Origin: Eledone cirrhosa
Lineage: Eukaryota
Length of the DNA stretch: 64,000 bases
Direction of reading: 5' to 3'
NCBI GenBank assembly: GCA_964016885.1
Contig: OZ024741.1
Coordinates: 299,708,001-299,772,000 of the forward strand
The stretch's first letter is position 1. Each line of letters opens with the position of its first letter. The position numbers and the translations under genes were made by a program. Of this stretch, positions 23,701 to 39,785 are shown one piece after another. The notes below the pieces were generated by a model that was not told where the DNA came from, ran no database searches, and worked only from the letters and a program-made list of their open reading frames with translations.

Positions 23701-24559
23701 TCTTCATTTTATTTTTCACTTTTCATTTTCATTTTTCATTTTCCATATTTCATTTTTCATTACCTTCTCATTAATTTTTCATCTATTCTCTATTTATTAT
23801 TCTGTTTACTTCATTTTATTGCCTTCTAGTTTTTCATATACATGGCAGAACCCCCCCCCCCCCCCACCACCACCACCACCACCACCACCACCACGGGAGA
23901 TGGTGGCAGGAAGGATGAAGAAACACACACACACACAGATACTTCTAAATTGTCAGCAGCAGCAAGACATAAGCTGACCACAACACCAACAACACTACAA
24001 AAATAAGGGTAGAGGTCAGATGTACTTAACAATAGCAAACACAAACACTACAAGGAGCCTCACCCCAGAAAAAATTTCTATAGACTTTGAAATGAGGAAT
24101 GCTCTCAAAACTGACCAATGGGAAGTTTGACCTTACAAATCTTTATAACATTGAAGTGGGTATAACACACACATTTTATTCGATTATTTTATTCTATTTT
24201 GTTCCTTTACCATCTTATTCCTTCTACTACTTAATCACTTTTTTCTTAGCTGACTCCAACAATAACACCACTACCAACACAAGAATAGAGGTCAGATGTA
24301 CCTAACAATAACAAGAACAACAGCTACAGATTGGCTTGCCTCAGAACGAATTTCTATAGACTTTTGACTGAGGAATGTTTTAACAACTGACCAATGAGTG
24401 GAGAAGAGGCCCTTTCATGCTGAAATTCGTTTGTTTGAATTCATATGATTCCAGTTCCTCAGTGAAATAACAACCCAACCAGGAACTGGGCATATCAGAG
24501 TGTTGACAAAGTTATACACCTAAACAACATTTGTACTCGTCTCTACCACACTAATTCGG

Positions 24560-24614
24560 ACTGCCTGAAGAGGTCACAGCCAAAGATGGCTGTCACCGTA
24601 ATATATATAGCAGT
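24560..24614 (+). ncRNA. Type I hammerhead motif with one core substitution
   Basis: actgc-CTGAAGA-ggt.acagcca/aaga/tggctgt.acc-GTAA (GAAA expected)-tatata-TA-gcagt. Confidence 0.65.
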
Positions 24615-24791
24615 AATAAACGAAGCCAAATTTTAAACATTTGACTTATTTATTTTATTTTATTTTACATTACTCCGGAGTAACCAACCAACCTGCGCAC
24701 TTCGTCGAGTACTCCAATCTGCAGACTGAAGTGGTGGTATACAACCAACATATACTCAACATTTTATATTTAATATATATATATATATATA

Positions 24792-24922
24792 TAATTGTTT
24801 CTACTTTAGGCATAAGGCCAGCAATTACTCAGTACATTACTGAGATTTGAACTCAAACCGTAAAGGGACGTAACTATGCTAGTAGCGCGGCGTCCAACCC
24901 TCTACCGATACTGCCAATTCAC
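24792..24922 (-). mobile_element. Dominant SINE, internally deleted, minus strand
   Basis: aattgtttctactttaggcataaggccagcaatt..gatttgaactc..ccctctaccgatactgccaatt. Confidence 0.75.
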
Positions 24923-25664
24923 CGATAATACTATATATTCATAATTTATCGGCTGTGTTCTTTGGTTGTCCAATGAATTTCCTTTGTAAACCATTATTCG
25001 AGATTTGTTTAAACTTTTACATAAAGTACATATATGTGAAATTGTATTGAATTTACATCTCCCAAACGCATGTATATGTGAAAGTATAACGAAACAACAT
25101 AAGATTTTACTTCATTGATATTTGGTGCCAGCATAATGGTAAGAAAGTCACAATGAATTTGATCGACACACGTATATATCTGGTGCCTATCATTTGCAGT
25201 GCAATTTTTTTTACAGAACCTCTACTGTATTTACTGCTACATTACTTTCCGAAACACGGATCAATTGGCGGTATACAGCTTTTGAGTCCATGTATTTACC
25301 AATATATCCCACCATGGGAGGCAGAATTGATTAAATTCACTAACAAAATAAATAATTGAAATAGAAATAAGAGAAAATATTTATGCAAGGTTTGACTGAC
25401 TTATGAATCTTTGGAAATTTGAAATTTGAAAATATAGTCGACAATACAGATGACTATAGAAATGCTTGATAACTATGAAAAACATTTAAGAAATTTGATA
25501 GTACACCTTTTCATCTATTGAACTATTATTTATAGTTATCACACATTATCATAATTATCTACATTGGTGATTATATTTCCACTCAGAATTAAAAAGTTTT
25601 AAACCATCTTTTTACAAAGTGAATATACTGTAGATATCCATTGGTTACATTAGAAACAGATTCA

Positions 25665-26000
25665 CAACTTTGTGGTTAGAGTTTTGAGCTTGCAATAAGG
25701 AAGAGGTGAGTTCGATTTCCGGACGGTGATGCTTTGTCTCCATGGGCAAGATACTTTATTTCTCGATCTTTCACTTTACTCAGCTATAGAAATGAATTGC
25801 GATGTGACTGCTGCCAAACCATATCGACCATTGTCTTTCCGTTAGAAAACATTGGTGGCGTGGAGCGTGGAGGCTGGTATGAATTGGTGACTGCTGGTAT
25901 TCCACAAACAACCTTGTTCGGACTTGTGCCGCAGAGGGAAACTTTCCAGGTACAAATCCCATGGTCAATTGTAACCGAAGGAATGTATTCCCTTTACGTG
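25665..26000 (+). mobile_element. CORE-type tRNA-derived SINE, old copy
   Basis: gtggttaga A-box-like, gagttcgatttcc B box, then gggcaagatactttatttc..actcagct. Related copy at 36130-36445. Confidence 0.6.
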
Positions 26001-27980
26001 AGTTAAGACTTTATTATAATACTGTTTTAATATATCCAAATCGCATATTCAGTTGGTTAACGCAAACAGTAAATAGAAAATAGAGGACCGATTTTGATTT
26101 GAGGTTGGTCCACCCATTCCCTGTTATAACGGCAGGTTATTCCCGTTCTCCTATATAACTAATTCCGCAATTAACACCTGATGAAATCGCCTGGGTCTTG
26201 CATCATATTCGAAACCGGGATAAGAACACTTAGGAGCATCCTGGCTTGAGAGAAACTTTATCGACTAGACAAGAAATTAGGATGCATACAAGTCAAAGAC
26301 AATCTCGGCGACATAAGAACATTTTATGGAAACATACAAAACAAAGCTATTTTTGCTGGCAATCCATGGACTAGTGGATGAATTTGTGAAGTATATTGGC
26401 TCTACTACCGTAACAGTGGATTATTACAGAATTTACTACATATACAGTCATCTGAAGCAAAAAATATGGGATGAATATATATTCCTTGCATAAATGAGAA
26501 TCGTATATAAAGTGTTGCAACGTTAGATCAATGTAGGATCAAACACAATGCTTCCAATAGTATCAAACGCAAGATAACAGGACCTTCAGTTCATGATTTA
26601 GAAAGCATTAATGCATGTAAATCTACCAGCTATAACTTGCGAGATAAACGTATGACAGAAAATTAGTGAATACGTATGACAGAAAATTAGTGAATAGAAC
26701 AAGAGGATTAATGATTAATTTAGAATGAACCTCGATAATTTGAGGTTTATATATTCCCCAAACTACAATGAAACCCTTACTGTCGGTTTACTTAGGTCAA
26801 CATGAGTACATGCAAAACTTCATGCACACTGTTAATAAATCCAAATATTTTCCAGGAAGCCGAAAGATCCAACAGTAGTAGGAATAAACGATAAACAGAT
26901 AAAATTAGTAAAAATGTGTGTAACTTGTTGAGAAAAACCTTTGCTTTGTTAGGGCACCCACAGTTAAAGAATGGAATACAACAGAATGGACCTACGACAA
27001 TTTCAACGAAGAACTATCCAGCTGTTTGATCAAGAGAGCGGACTGCTTATGGAATTAACGTGTCAGTGATGTTGCATCCCAAAGACACATATAAACTGGA
27101 GGTACTTTACAGGGAGATTCAATGTGACACAGCATGTGATAAGTCTGGCCTCCTTATTTACAGCTGTTGTCCATCCGATGAACTTTCTAATAATTTCCAT
27201 CTATTGAATTACTTACCTGGCATGGGGACCACTAGAGGTGGTGAATGAAACTTATCCCCGATGCCAAAATATGGTGTTCAAACTCGGGATGTTATGATTG
27301 CGAAGCGAACGTAAATAATGTCATATTATGTCCACAGAAATTAGGTAAGATATAGCACAATATCACCTCTAAATGATACAGTGTGTGAGTGAAACTACAC
27401 ATATATAAATGCTCGAAAAAATCAAACTTAGTTATCAAGTTTAGAAGCAAAACAATTGAATGTATTAAGCAAGCGTTTCGTTTAGCAGTTCGGACGATGA
27501 GGTTGATCCGAAAAGATAGCCAAAAGTTATATTCCCGATCTGGGTTAGTAATCTCGTACATCAGGGACGGGACATGTAGTGACATGGTACATTCGGCGAC
27601 AGACTCAGATTTCCTAATGCGACTAGCAGAACATCGCAAGCTCTTGAAATACGGGCACTTTCAGATAGGTTTAACGTTCAACCTGTAGCTGTAGGCACCT
27701 TTTGTGTACTTGGTCCCCGTAACACATCCATACACGTTTGTTATTGGGATGGAGTGCTCCAAGTTGGTCTGATGGAAAATACTTAGCCTCAACCATCCGG
27801 ATTATAATCGCCCTCTAATGCCAAATTAATGCACATCCTGAAAAAATCCAGCGACACTACACTAGGATAAAGAAAAGATACTAAGAGAGGCTAATCGAAT
27901 TTAAATGGTGGAGCGGAGACGGTGAAAAAAAGAAATAATATATATATATATATATATGTGCGTGTGTGCGTGTGTATGTC

Positions 27981-28103
<123 letters not shown>

Positions 28104-28325
28104 TATATGCAGATGGTTGTTTTGTAAATTTCCCAATAAAACCTGTATTTATCGATTTTCACTTCAGCTTTACTATCAATCAAACGCTATCGAGACACAT
28201 CCTGTGACGTTCGTAATGACATTTGTTCTTTTCTGCGTGTTCTTCTTGACAAGATGAATACATAGATACATCTCTATCTCTCCTCTCTCTCTCCCTCTCT
28301 CTCTCCCTCTCCCTCTCTCTCTCTC

Positions 28326-28418
<93 letters not shown>

Positions 28419-30363
28419 TTCTTGCCAATATGTATTCAAAGACCCACAGTTCTTAATAGCTTCCAAATTATACTTTGGTTGCATGTACATGGTGCCAAGT
28501 AACATCCTGACATTCTGCTGTCTAAGATTCCAGATGAGCCTACATTGAGGCAAGAAACATAAATATGATCGAACGCTAAATCAAGCAGTTGTAGTTAAAT
28601 ATTATTAACCTCACGATTATGCATGCACCTCTTTACATGTATATTTACGTTTATGTGGACAGAAATAGTTTATGGCGACACAGGGAGAAATATCAGTAGA
28701 TAAAAATATATAATTAAAAATATGGATCCTACGGATTTACAAATGTGCATATTTTGTTGATGGGAACTATGAATATGTTCCACAATTATTTTAACGTAAA
28801 TTATAATTCTTTCTGTCATTATCCGACGAGTGAAGATGGTATTGTTTACAACAGAACTAAAATTGTAGGTCCACCGTTTTGTTCTATGGTGTGGCTTGGG
28901 CATTTTCTACTTGGCAGAGTTAATCCTTCTACATACTGAAACAGCGGCATTCTCCAGAGGGAATGAGAGAGAATCAGAGTGAGAGAGTGAGGAGGAGAGA
29001 TAAAGAGTGAAAGAGAGTAAGAAGTAACTTCCTTACTGCACTGATACTATATCAACAGACAGAGTTGACCTCCGTGGTATTTGAACTCAGAGCGCAGTGT
29101 GATGAGACGAGCCATTTTTAATGCGACATTCTTCTTATTGCATAGTTCCTAGAATACTGAGCAGCAAATCGAATGTAATAAATATCGCAGGTTACTATTC
29201 TTTATATACGACGGTCAACCGATTATGGCAATCCACTACTCTTATACCTTCCATAAAATGTGAAATATGAGTAATGACATTATAAAAAGGACACACAATG
29301 ACGTAATAGATATATTCCCATAACATAAAAAAACGTGACGGAGTAGAAACGAATCCCATCATTTCTATATTTCCCAGCATCCTAGAAAAAATATAACATA
29401 CGAGTATGAAGTGAAATACTGAAACTTACCAGCGAAAACTCGTTACCAGCAGGTTGTGAGGTATATTCCGTTCAAAAAGGTGTCTGAAATCCGAAGAAAA
29501 GAAAATTATTCCATTGGATTAAAATCTGAGGTTCTGGACACAGTTGACATCAAAATAAATGCCATTTGCTTGTACTTCTATGCAATAATGGTCACGAATT
29601 TGGGTGAAGTATACATTCTATTAAACTGTCCTGTATATAAGCGGTTTAATGTTCTAGAAATCATGAATTGATAACAGCAAATTTCCTTTATGTACACATA
29701 CGTAAAATGAACTTAAATTGTTGATAAGACAAGGAATTTAACCGAGGTTATGGTTGATTAAATTGACCTAAATACTTGACTAGTAGTTTGTATTATGGAT
29801 GATAATTAAATATAACCTCGTCGGGATAATAATATTAAACCCTGAATGTTGACTTTGCTCAGGAAATTCGTATGTGCTCTATTCTTCTGTCTGGAATTGA
29901 GTGAGAAGACATCTATCATGAGTAATTCATTTTTACGCGCTGCAGATATGTCACGAAAAATACAACCCTGCAAAAGTTTCTTCATTATATGATCCAGTAT
30001 AGCAACACTTGTTTTTAATGATTTGTTTTAAATTGCATATAAGGTTATGGGGTATACAGCTAATTTGATATTTGACATTTTATAGAACTCATTCAGACGT
30101 AAATCTTATTCGGATTTAATATAGTTGAACTAAAACAAAACATATCTGAACATTCTGCAAATATCAAGCTTATCATGCGTAATTTGTATTACTTTAGATA
30201 TTAAGAAACAGTCACCATAATTACTTGTTAATAAGAAGAGATTAGTGTTGGTAGATGAGAAATTCAGCATATATATTGAAAACAACAAAGCTTTAGAGAA
30301 ACAAAGTCAGAAACATATATACATTGATATATACATATCACTAAATAAATACACTCACACACA

Positions 30364-30392
<29 letters not shown>

Positions 30393-30398
<6 letters not shown>

Positions 30399-30620
30399 AT
30401 ATTTGGGGAGGGTCATGTTATTATAATATTGCCAGAAATATATAGCAAAACACACAGTTTCGCTTCGGTTGGTTTTCGCTTCAGAATATTTCATATTTTT
30501 ATAATTAATCCAGCCGGGAATCATTGATTGACCAACAGTTAAAACATAGTTATAAATACAGTTTCTCAAAGAATTCTTTCGCCAGATACATGTGGCATCA
30601 TTAATGATATTACTATCTTT
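30393..30620 (-). repeat. Pseudo-LTR/3' terminal segment of the second PLE family
   Basis: ttgttatatttggggagggtc..tattgccagaaat..ggttttcgct also occurs at 36538-36690 and 62567-62730, and inverted at ~31640-31760 and ~31820-31960; mostly next to (TA)n. Confidence 0.7.
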
Positions 30621-30839
30621 TCTCACGTTCTATTGCCGTAATGCTTTCTTATTCTACTTAATTAATTTATTTATTGTTGTCTGTTTCGCATGCGTCTGTG
30701 TACGTGTTTTCTGTTTGGTGTGTGTTCGTGTGCTTAAGTGTGGTTGTTGTTAGTGTACGTATTTATATTTATTTATATTTATTCTAGATCATTATCCTGT
30801 GTCTGTGTATGGTTGTTGTTATTACATTCATGTTTCCTA

Positions 30840-31620
30840 TTCAGCTTCGCCTTTCTTAATTCTGTTTCAGTTGCTTCCCTAATTTATCTACTTGATGAGT
30901 AATTCATATGTTTAGATATTATTTCAATATCTATGTCGTCTATATTACATCAAGTCTTAGTCCATATAGAACGTAACTGTCTTTCTGTCCTTTTAGTTCA
31001 TTCCAGTGTTCGTCTATTCACTCTCTTCTACTACGGGCAGTCTCTCCTAAGTATGTCATTGTCATGTTTCTGCAGTTATCTTCTGTACATATAGTGCTAT
31101 AGACTACATTTCTTGTTTTACAATTTATTTCTGGCTTTACTCTACATATTACACATTTCTTATTAGTACAGTGGATTTTCTGAAAGGCGTAAGTGTTACT
31201 GATCAGAGAGTTGTTGTTGTTCCTGGCTTTCCTACCATTCGAATCTTTAAATAAGTCTTGCTTCGGATTTTTTTTAATTCGTTAGCTAATTCACATCTAG
31301 ATGATGCATCCAAGAACACGACACTCTAGTGTCTCTGGTTGTCGTACCATAAAATTGCTTTCCCTTCCTTTTGTCTAGTCCTATCTATGCTATTCCATGA
31401 TTTACTCCTGGACAGTGGGTAAACCTCTTTCATGTCCATATTTATGAGGTTCCTATATACTGTGATTTTGTTTCTTTGATTGTAGCTAGAGAATTACAAG
31501 CGATTGATGAAATGTTGCACGTGTCTCTCCAATTGAGTTGGATCGCACATGGGGTATACATTCTTGATCACACCTACCAAGACTGCGACCAGGATAATAA
31601 ACTTAGCTCTATTTAATATC
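30840..31620 (-). pseudogene. Penelope-like element 3' end (Cys-rich linker plus GIY-YIG endonuclease), degenerate
   Basis: Manual translation of 31190 to 31000 gives CTNKKCVICRVKPEINCKTRNVVYSTICTEDNCRNMTMTYLGETARSRRE*IDEHW. Not in the ORF track. Confidence 0.82.
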
Positions 31621-31986
31621 GCTGAGTTTTTGTGTATTAGCTAAAATATATAGAAGCAAAAACCAACCCAAACCAAACAGTGAGTGTGTTTTAATAGATA
31701 TTTCGTTCAATATTATGATATTATAACGATATGACCCTCGCCAAATGTAACAATATTTGTTTTAACATATGATTTCATATAAAAAACCTGCAAAAGAAAT
31801 TCATAGGCGTCATATATATATGATAGATATTGATTGCCAAATAAATTAACTATGGAGATATAAGAGATACAGAAGCGAAAACCAACCAAATAGTGAGTGT
31901 GTTCTGTTATTATTTCTGACAATGTTAAACAATATCACCCTTCCCATGTATAACAATATATGTATATATACATTTATATATATATA

Positions 31987-32948
<962 letters not shown>

Positions 32949-33166
32949 TATAGATATATATATATGCATGTATATATATGTATATGTAATTTAATAATAT
33001 ATGTAGAAATAAAGACAGTACATTGTGTGTCTAAAATTACGAGGGTAGAAATACCACATTGGTTTGAAATATTTAACCTGAAGCATACGTAAGATTTTAG
33101 GGTATCAATATGAGTTAGTAACACTGTATTTTATTTGTATATGTATATATATATATATATTTATAT

Positions 33167-33309
33167 ACAACGAAGGAGTTGTGGTAAGGAAGCAGATGGA
33201 CCATAACGGACCGGAGTACTCAATACTTAGGGTAGTAGAGTGGGTAATATGAGAAAGTATGACCCCGAGCGCAGAGCTCAAGCCGTTTCGACGGCTATTT
33301 CTGGACTAA
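33167..33309. repeat. Microsatellite-associated repeat shared with 39961-40099
   Basis: tgtggtaagga..cagatggac..gagtactcaa..gtagtagagtggg..gcagagctcaagccgtttcgacggctatttctggact is present at both loci. Confidence 0.75.
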
Positions 33310-33927
33310 AGTAAGAGTTTTTACCTGGTAAATAAATTGCCGGACTTTTCAAGCGGTACTTCCTTATATGGGAAGATTGTAGTTGTCAAGAGGATTGGTC
33401 AAAATGTGTAGCAGGTACAGACAAGTCTATCGTGGCAGTGGGTGCGGTGTGGTGGTGGCTGAACTTGGTTATAGAACGATAGGGGAGTGGGTAGAGCCAG
33501 TCAAGCGTTGAAGGCGAAATCTATACGGCAAATTCTAAGGAATGTGTATGAAAGTAGGCCTGAAGGGGTAGACGAAAAAGGGTTCTTGAGAAAAAGGAGA
33601 ATGGACGTTATAGAATCGGTAAATCAAATGAGATTAGGAGACAATGAATATATTAAAAAAGAATATAATAAAAAATGAGAGAAAGATATATCAGAATGTA
33701 AGATTGGAAAGTGAGAAGTGAAATAAAACAAAAACTAAGGAGTCTAACACAGCTGCTATATTTAGTTGATGTTGCTTTTTCGGCCAATGCTATAGAATGT
33801 GTTGCTAGATGAGAATTATTGAAATTTTAGAATTGGGTATTAAAAATTGGGGTCTAACACAGCCTCTATGAATAGTTAGTATAGCGTAATCGGCCAATGC
33901 TATCTATAAGTTACTGGGGTGGGTGTA

Positions 33928-33977
<50 letters not shown>

Positions 33978-34519
33978 TTTATATATATGGAAAGAGATAG
34001 ATAGAGAGAGGGGGGTGGGAGAGGAGAGCTACAGAATCCCCTTCAAAACTGTTGTGTCAAGCTCGTCAACGTCAATCTCAAATTTGTCATCGCCGTCATC
34101 CTCATTCGTCTAATTGTCTCAGTCAATATAGTTATTATAAGTCTCTATTACTCTATACACAACTTAAATTTCATCGTTACTGCAGGATAGACTCGGTTTT
34201 CCTTTTAGAAATATGAAGTAGTAATATTAGTGGTTATTGGGCGAAGAAATGTAAAAGAATGCAAACAATTTAAAGTTCTCTAAAAGATGGCAAGTTTTGT
34301 ATAAAAAAATTGTCACACCATACAATACTCTAAATATGCATACATTTACGTACACCTACACACCATTCTATATACAATATCAAAAAGACAAAAGCGAATA
34401 ACATCAGTTAAATCTTTTATTCATATTCATTTTCATATTCCTAAAATAAATTCCGGCACAATCAGATTTGATAAACAAAGTCAGACAAAGGTTCATCGCA
34501 TTCTATATATATATTTACC

Positions 34520-34990
34520 GTAACAGGGGTACCCGGTAATGCCCGGGTATTTTATGAAAGTAACAATATAATTTGGCACATATTACAAGTTATTTGAATA
34601 ATAAAATAAGACTGCTCTATTTCCACTGAAGTAGGAATTATAGCAGAATATTCCTTTTCATTTGATTAGCATCTAGATAAAAAATTATTAGTTTTATCTA
34701 GGGTATTGTTTTGAAAATTACTTCCCTTTACAGTCAGCATACATAATGTTTTGCCCATATATGAATCATTGTATGTTGAGAGTGAAAATGTTTTGGTAAT
34801 TTTTATTTATCTAATATTCGGGCACAATCAGAACCTCCGGAACATTACTCCCGGTGCGGAAAATTACTCCCCTGTCATTTTCAATGTTTCTATGATGTTG
34901 TAGTAGGCTCATTTTGGTCCATAAAAGTATGCATCATAGTTTATCTCCTGATAAACCTCTTGTGCTCCCCGAATATAATGAACATATATA
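34520..34990 (-). mobile_element. Probable old non-autonomous Helitron-like element
   Basis: Terminal GC hairpin tacccgg-taatgc-ccgggta (34530-34549) resembles the mini-Helitron 3' hairpins. CTAG is not preserved and the far boundary is uncertain. Confidence 0.35.
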
Positions 34991-35340
34991 TGTAATTTTA
35001 TGAGTTGAATATATATTCGTTTACAATTCTCTGAGAAGTAACTGCTGATGTCAATATCTCACCCTTCTTAGTATTGCGATAACAACATTCATGTTCACGA
35101 TGATGAAATTGAGCCGGTAGTTAAAAAAATAGTCGAGACTATTTAGCATGACGTTGGGGAACTTGAGAATGCCAGTGATACTGGTTAAGTTGTAGGGACA
35201 CTTTCTTTCTGTTCATGTATACAGGCACACAGTCACACACAAACACATACACAAAACACACGTATAAATACACACAAAAACATATATGTATAGACATATA
35301 TATATATGTATATATATTTGTATATATATATATATATATG

Positions 35341-35418
<78 letters not shown>

Positions 35419-36453
35419 CGATGGAGATAATATAATATATACAATCTTATATAATACATTCATATAATAGTACGATATATTACTGTAAAGATGAATAGAA
35501 CCTCGCCCGTGTGTGGTGTGTGTATGTGTATAAGCGCGCATGTGTGTGTGTATGTATGATCAATTCAATGGAAGTATTAAACCTTTTTTCATGTATAACT
35601 TATTGCCTTATCTATTCTGATATGTTTACTATCTCTATAATTCAAGTTCCTTTTCAATCTTGCAATTCATTCTATTCCCTATGTATGTTGCAGTATGGTT
35701 TTATATAGAAAAAACATTAAATTTATTAATGTCGAGATATGAATGCAAGCTTTTAGATTACATATGCATATATATATATATATATATATACATACATAAA
35801 AACACACACTTACACACGTTCCTCTGTGTGTGTATATATAGATGCTCATATATCTCTATATAGTTGTTGAAAGATATTCCATTAAAAATGGAAAGGAACT
35901 CAATATATCATGTAGAAAAGGTACAGTAGTTTTGTTTCTTTCTTTAAAAACCTGTGTATGTGTGTATGTCTGTGTCAATGTGCATGTTTGAATGTCTTTA
36001 AGGATTTCATGGGTAAAATGATGAACAAATCGATTTCGGCATTGGATCAACCGATTTCGAAGAAACTATTCAGGTGGTGAAGAATTAAAGATTGAAATGC
36101 TTCAGATAAGATATTATCGGCATTACTGTGAAGGCAGGTGGCTTAGTGGCTACAATTTTTTGACGCAAAATTGTCAGTTTTATTTTCGATACTGGAAGAC
36201 TCATTGTGTCTTTCAGCAAGGCAATTTATTTCACGTTGCTCCTGTCCATTCAGTCGGCAAAAACTTCCTTATGCCGGTAATTCAAAGAGGCAGCCATCTG
36301 GCTTACTGTATCACATCGAATCTATGTGAAAACTACGCTAATAGTACACGTTCTGTAGAAGGTTCATCCACAGGTTAATTTCACTAGCAGCTTATTTCGT
36401 TGTTCGAACAACTGCACCATTCATGCTCGGAAATGTCGGAGTACCCTTATACA

Positions 36454-36539
<86 letters not shown>

Positions 36540-38123
36540 TTGTTATATTTGGGGAGGGCCATATTGTTATAATATTGCCAGAAATAATATTAAAACACAC
36601 TCACTCTTTGGCCTGGATTGGTTTTCGCTGCTGAATGTTTTATATCTCCATAGTTAATTTATCTGGCAATCAATGTTTATCATTGATTGATTATCAAAAT
36701 ACTGAATTAATTGCTTATTAGGCGATGAAACATATGTTAACGCTTGGAATGATAACTCTTATCCGTGATAATCGTCCTTTTACCTCTTATTAATATTCAA
36801 AGAGCTATTAATCACGGAAACGTCAGGAATCTACCCTCCGAAAATATAACTAAGTAAACCCCTTGTTGAGTCAACTACTACCATGCGCTGAAATAATCCT
36901 CGGTATAGATTACACGTAACCTGAGTTTAGGTAACCTTAAACGACATCTCTTTCACTTTAATATATATATATATATATATATGTAGGTATGTATGTATTT
37001 GTCTGTATGTGTGTGGGTATGGATGTGTGTGAGTATGGATGTGTATGTGTAAACTTAGTTTCTTAACTGAAAAAGGATAAAGAATGAACAAGGATGGAAC
37101 ATGTGAATGTATAATAAAATTTAATTGCAGTTTAAACTTCAAATCTGTAATCTTTTTCAAAAACGTTGATTTATGCATTGTAAGAAAAGAAAATTTAAAA
37201 CCAGGCATCTATCTACACATCAAAGCTGCACGCACCTCCGCGGATGCAAAATTAGGACAAATCATCTGCGCAGTAGACAAATATATATCTGTATACAAGT
37301 ACAAATATATACGAGTATGCAATTCACTAGACAGAATCACTGTATGAGATTGATATGATATGTTACAGAAAAGGTTTAAAACATTGAAGCTGGTGTACAC
37401 GTACTAATATATAACTGTTCAGTCATTCCACTGACAAGAGAACTCTTAGCGGAATTCTCAGGGAGATTCAGTGTGACACGATGTGTTTCAAGGCTGGCTC
37501 TTTGTATTGCACATGCAGTTCATCAGATGAATTTCCAAACAATTCCCGTTTATCATGTTTCATTTACAAGGCATGAATAAATAGGAGGTTAAGCTGCCAC
37601 ACAGTGGACATGATCTAAGATGAGAAAGATTGAGAAGAGGACCACTAAACTAAGCAGCGTATACATTTATCTGCGTATTACAACGGCCCATCTCTTTAAA
37701 AGCAGTGACAGAAAGTAAAGATTGCTGAAATAAACATATGTAGTCGTTAATATGCCGCCGATGTGCTCAGAGGTGAATTTCCCTGGCCACCTATTTGCGT
37801 CTATGTTATATTTCTTAAAATATATGTCATGTGTGTATAGAACTGGTTTCAAGTGACTGTATTATTCTGTTATTAACTTTAGCAGAGTAGTAACTCGATA
37901 TAAATTTACTGACCTTTCTACAAATCACTCTGATTTTGCATAATGTAACTTCAGTCTAATTAATCTGGCGGCTCTCCTTAATTATTCAATGCAACAATCA
38001 CTCTAATTTATTCTCACTGAATACACACAGACACAGGCTCAGACAGAGACACAGACACACACACACACGCACATACGCACGCGCACAGACACACAAACAC
38101 ACACCCACACACACATACACCCC

Positions 38124-38183
<60 letters not shown>

Positions 38184-39005
38184 GACAGAGTCAGAGATAG
38201 AGAGAGTGAGTGAGAGGATGGAATATATATTACATAGAAAGTATAGTTGCACAGAGTCGATGCGCCGTGTGTCATGCATTCCTGAAATATTTACTTTGCT
38301 AGTTTGTTATGAAATGCGACTTTTGATCGGGCAAGACAAGGTCGCACAGAATGGGACGACAGTTGGACACCAAGATAAATATAATATAAACTGTTTATGT
38401 GTGTTTTGAAATGCAATTACTTATGTTTAAATTACACAAAATATATCATAACTATGTTTCGAAGCAATTTAGTGGATATGATTTAAAATTAATGATTCTG
38501 ATGACAGTTGTATAAAGTGTGCTTAAATGAATATGTATGTGAATTAAAAAAAAAATATAATGAACACCTCCCATCTTCACTCATTGGCATAATAGTCTTA
38601 AATTTCAATGCATTTTTAAAAATCATTCATGTGCTAGTAGCAAAAGAGAACGAGGTATGCAAATAAATGAAGGGAAATCAAATTTCAACAGTCAATTAAT
38701 TCAAAAAGTATGCGGTTAATAAAAACCGCAAAAGTAATATTTCTTTACAGCATATCTCTAAAGTAATACACACGTTCACAATTATATATTTATTGATAAA
38801 GTGGCATCGTGTTCTTATAAACACAATTTATATTCATCGTGGAAGTATCCTTGGAGACATTTTCGTCCCATTCTTTCAGTCTCCGCAGAGCACTTTACCT
38901 GATTTATTAAAAAATTCAAGTGTAAATTATATTTATCAGTTGCTATTATATATGAACTGTGGTGACTATATTTTTAGATATCTATTTATATATTTCACTC
39001 TCTCC

Positions 39006-39106
<101 letters not shown>

Positions 39107-39691
39107 GATATACATATATATTTGTATGTCTGTTTGTATATTGAAATGCCATGTATACATATATAACTTTTGCAAAGGAGATAGCGGTTCTTTAATATAT
39201 ACTTCCCTATATATAATATGTATATATATACATATATATGATATAATATAATATAATTTATGATACACATATATTCCGTTGTTGAATAGATTTGAACAGA
39301 TAGAGTTTTGAGTTAGGTAAACTATTTATCCTCTATGTATTTGTAACGTTTTTTAAGGAGATGAACGAATATAATTCTTTTGATTTTTTAATATCCGCTT
39401 TGGTTCTTAGCTATTTATAGATGAATTATAATGTCTATGCAATTTCTTAAAAACTCCCCACGACAAACTTATACTATCTAATGTTAGCATTTACATCAGC
39501 ACATTTCGTAAAATCATTATATGACACATGCAATATTGAAGATGAAATATACGTAGACAGGAAATAACATTTCAACGTTCAATTTAAAACTGTCTTGATC
39601 TAAAGCATTGATACGAAAATGATTCGATCAATATCCACCTCCTACGGTAACCCTTCCTTTAGGGCTGTAATGACAGCAAGTCTACTAAATA

Positions 39692-39739
<48 letters not shown>

Positions 39740-39754
39740 CCCCCCACACACACG

Positions 39755-39785
<31 letters not shown>

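Noticed and set aside
26175-26222. CTGATGA...GAAAccgg hammerhead-like words
   Set aside because: No stem I or stem II pairing and no NUH in the right position.
26648-26697. Short tandem duplications (24 bp here; also ~16818-16876 and ~63212-63246)
   Set aside because: Ordinary slippage duplications with no further structure.
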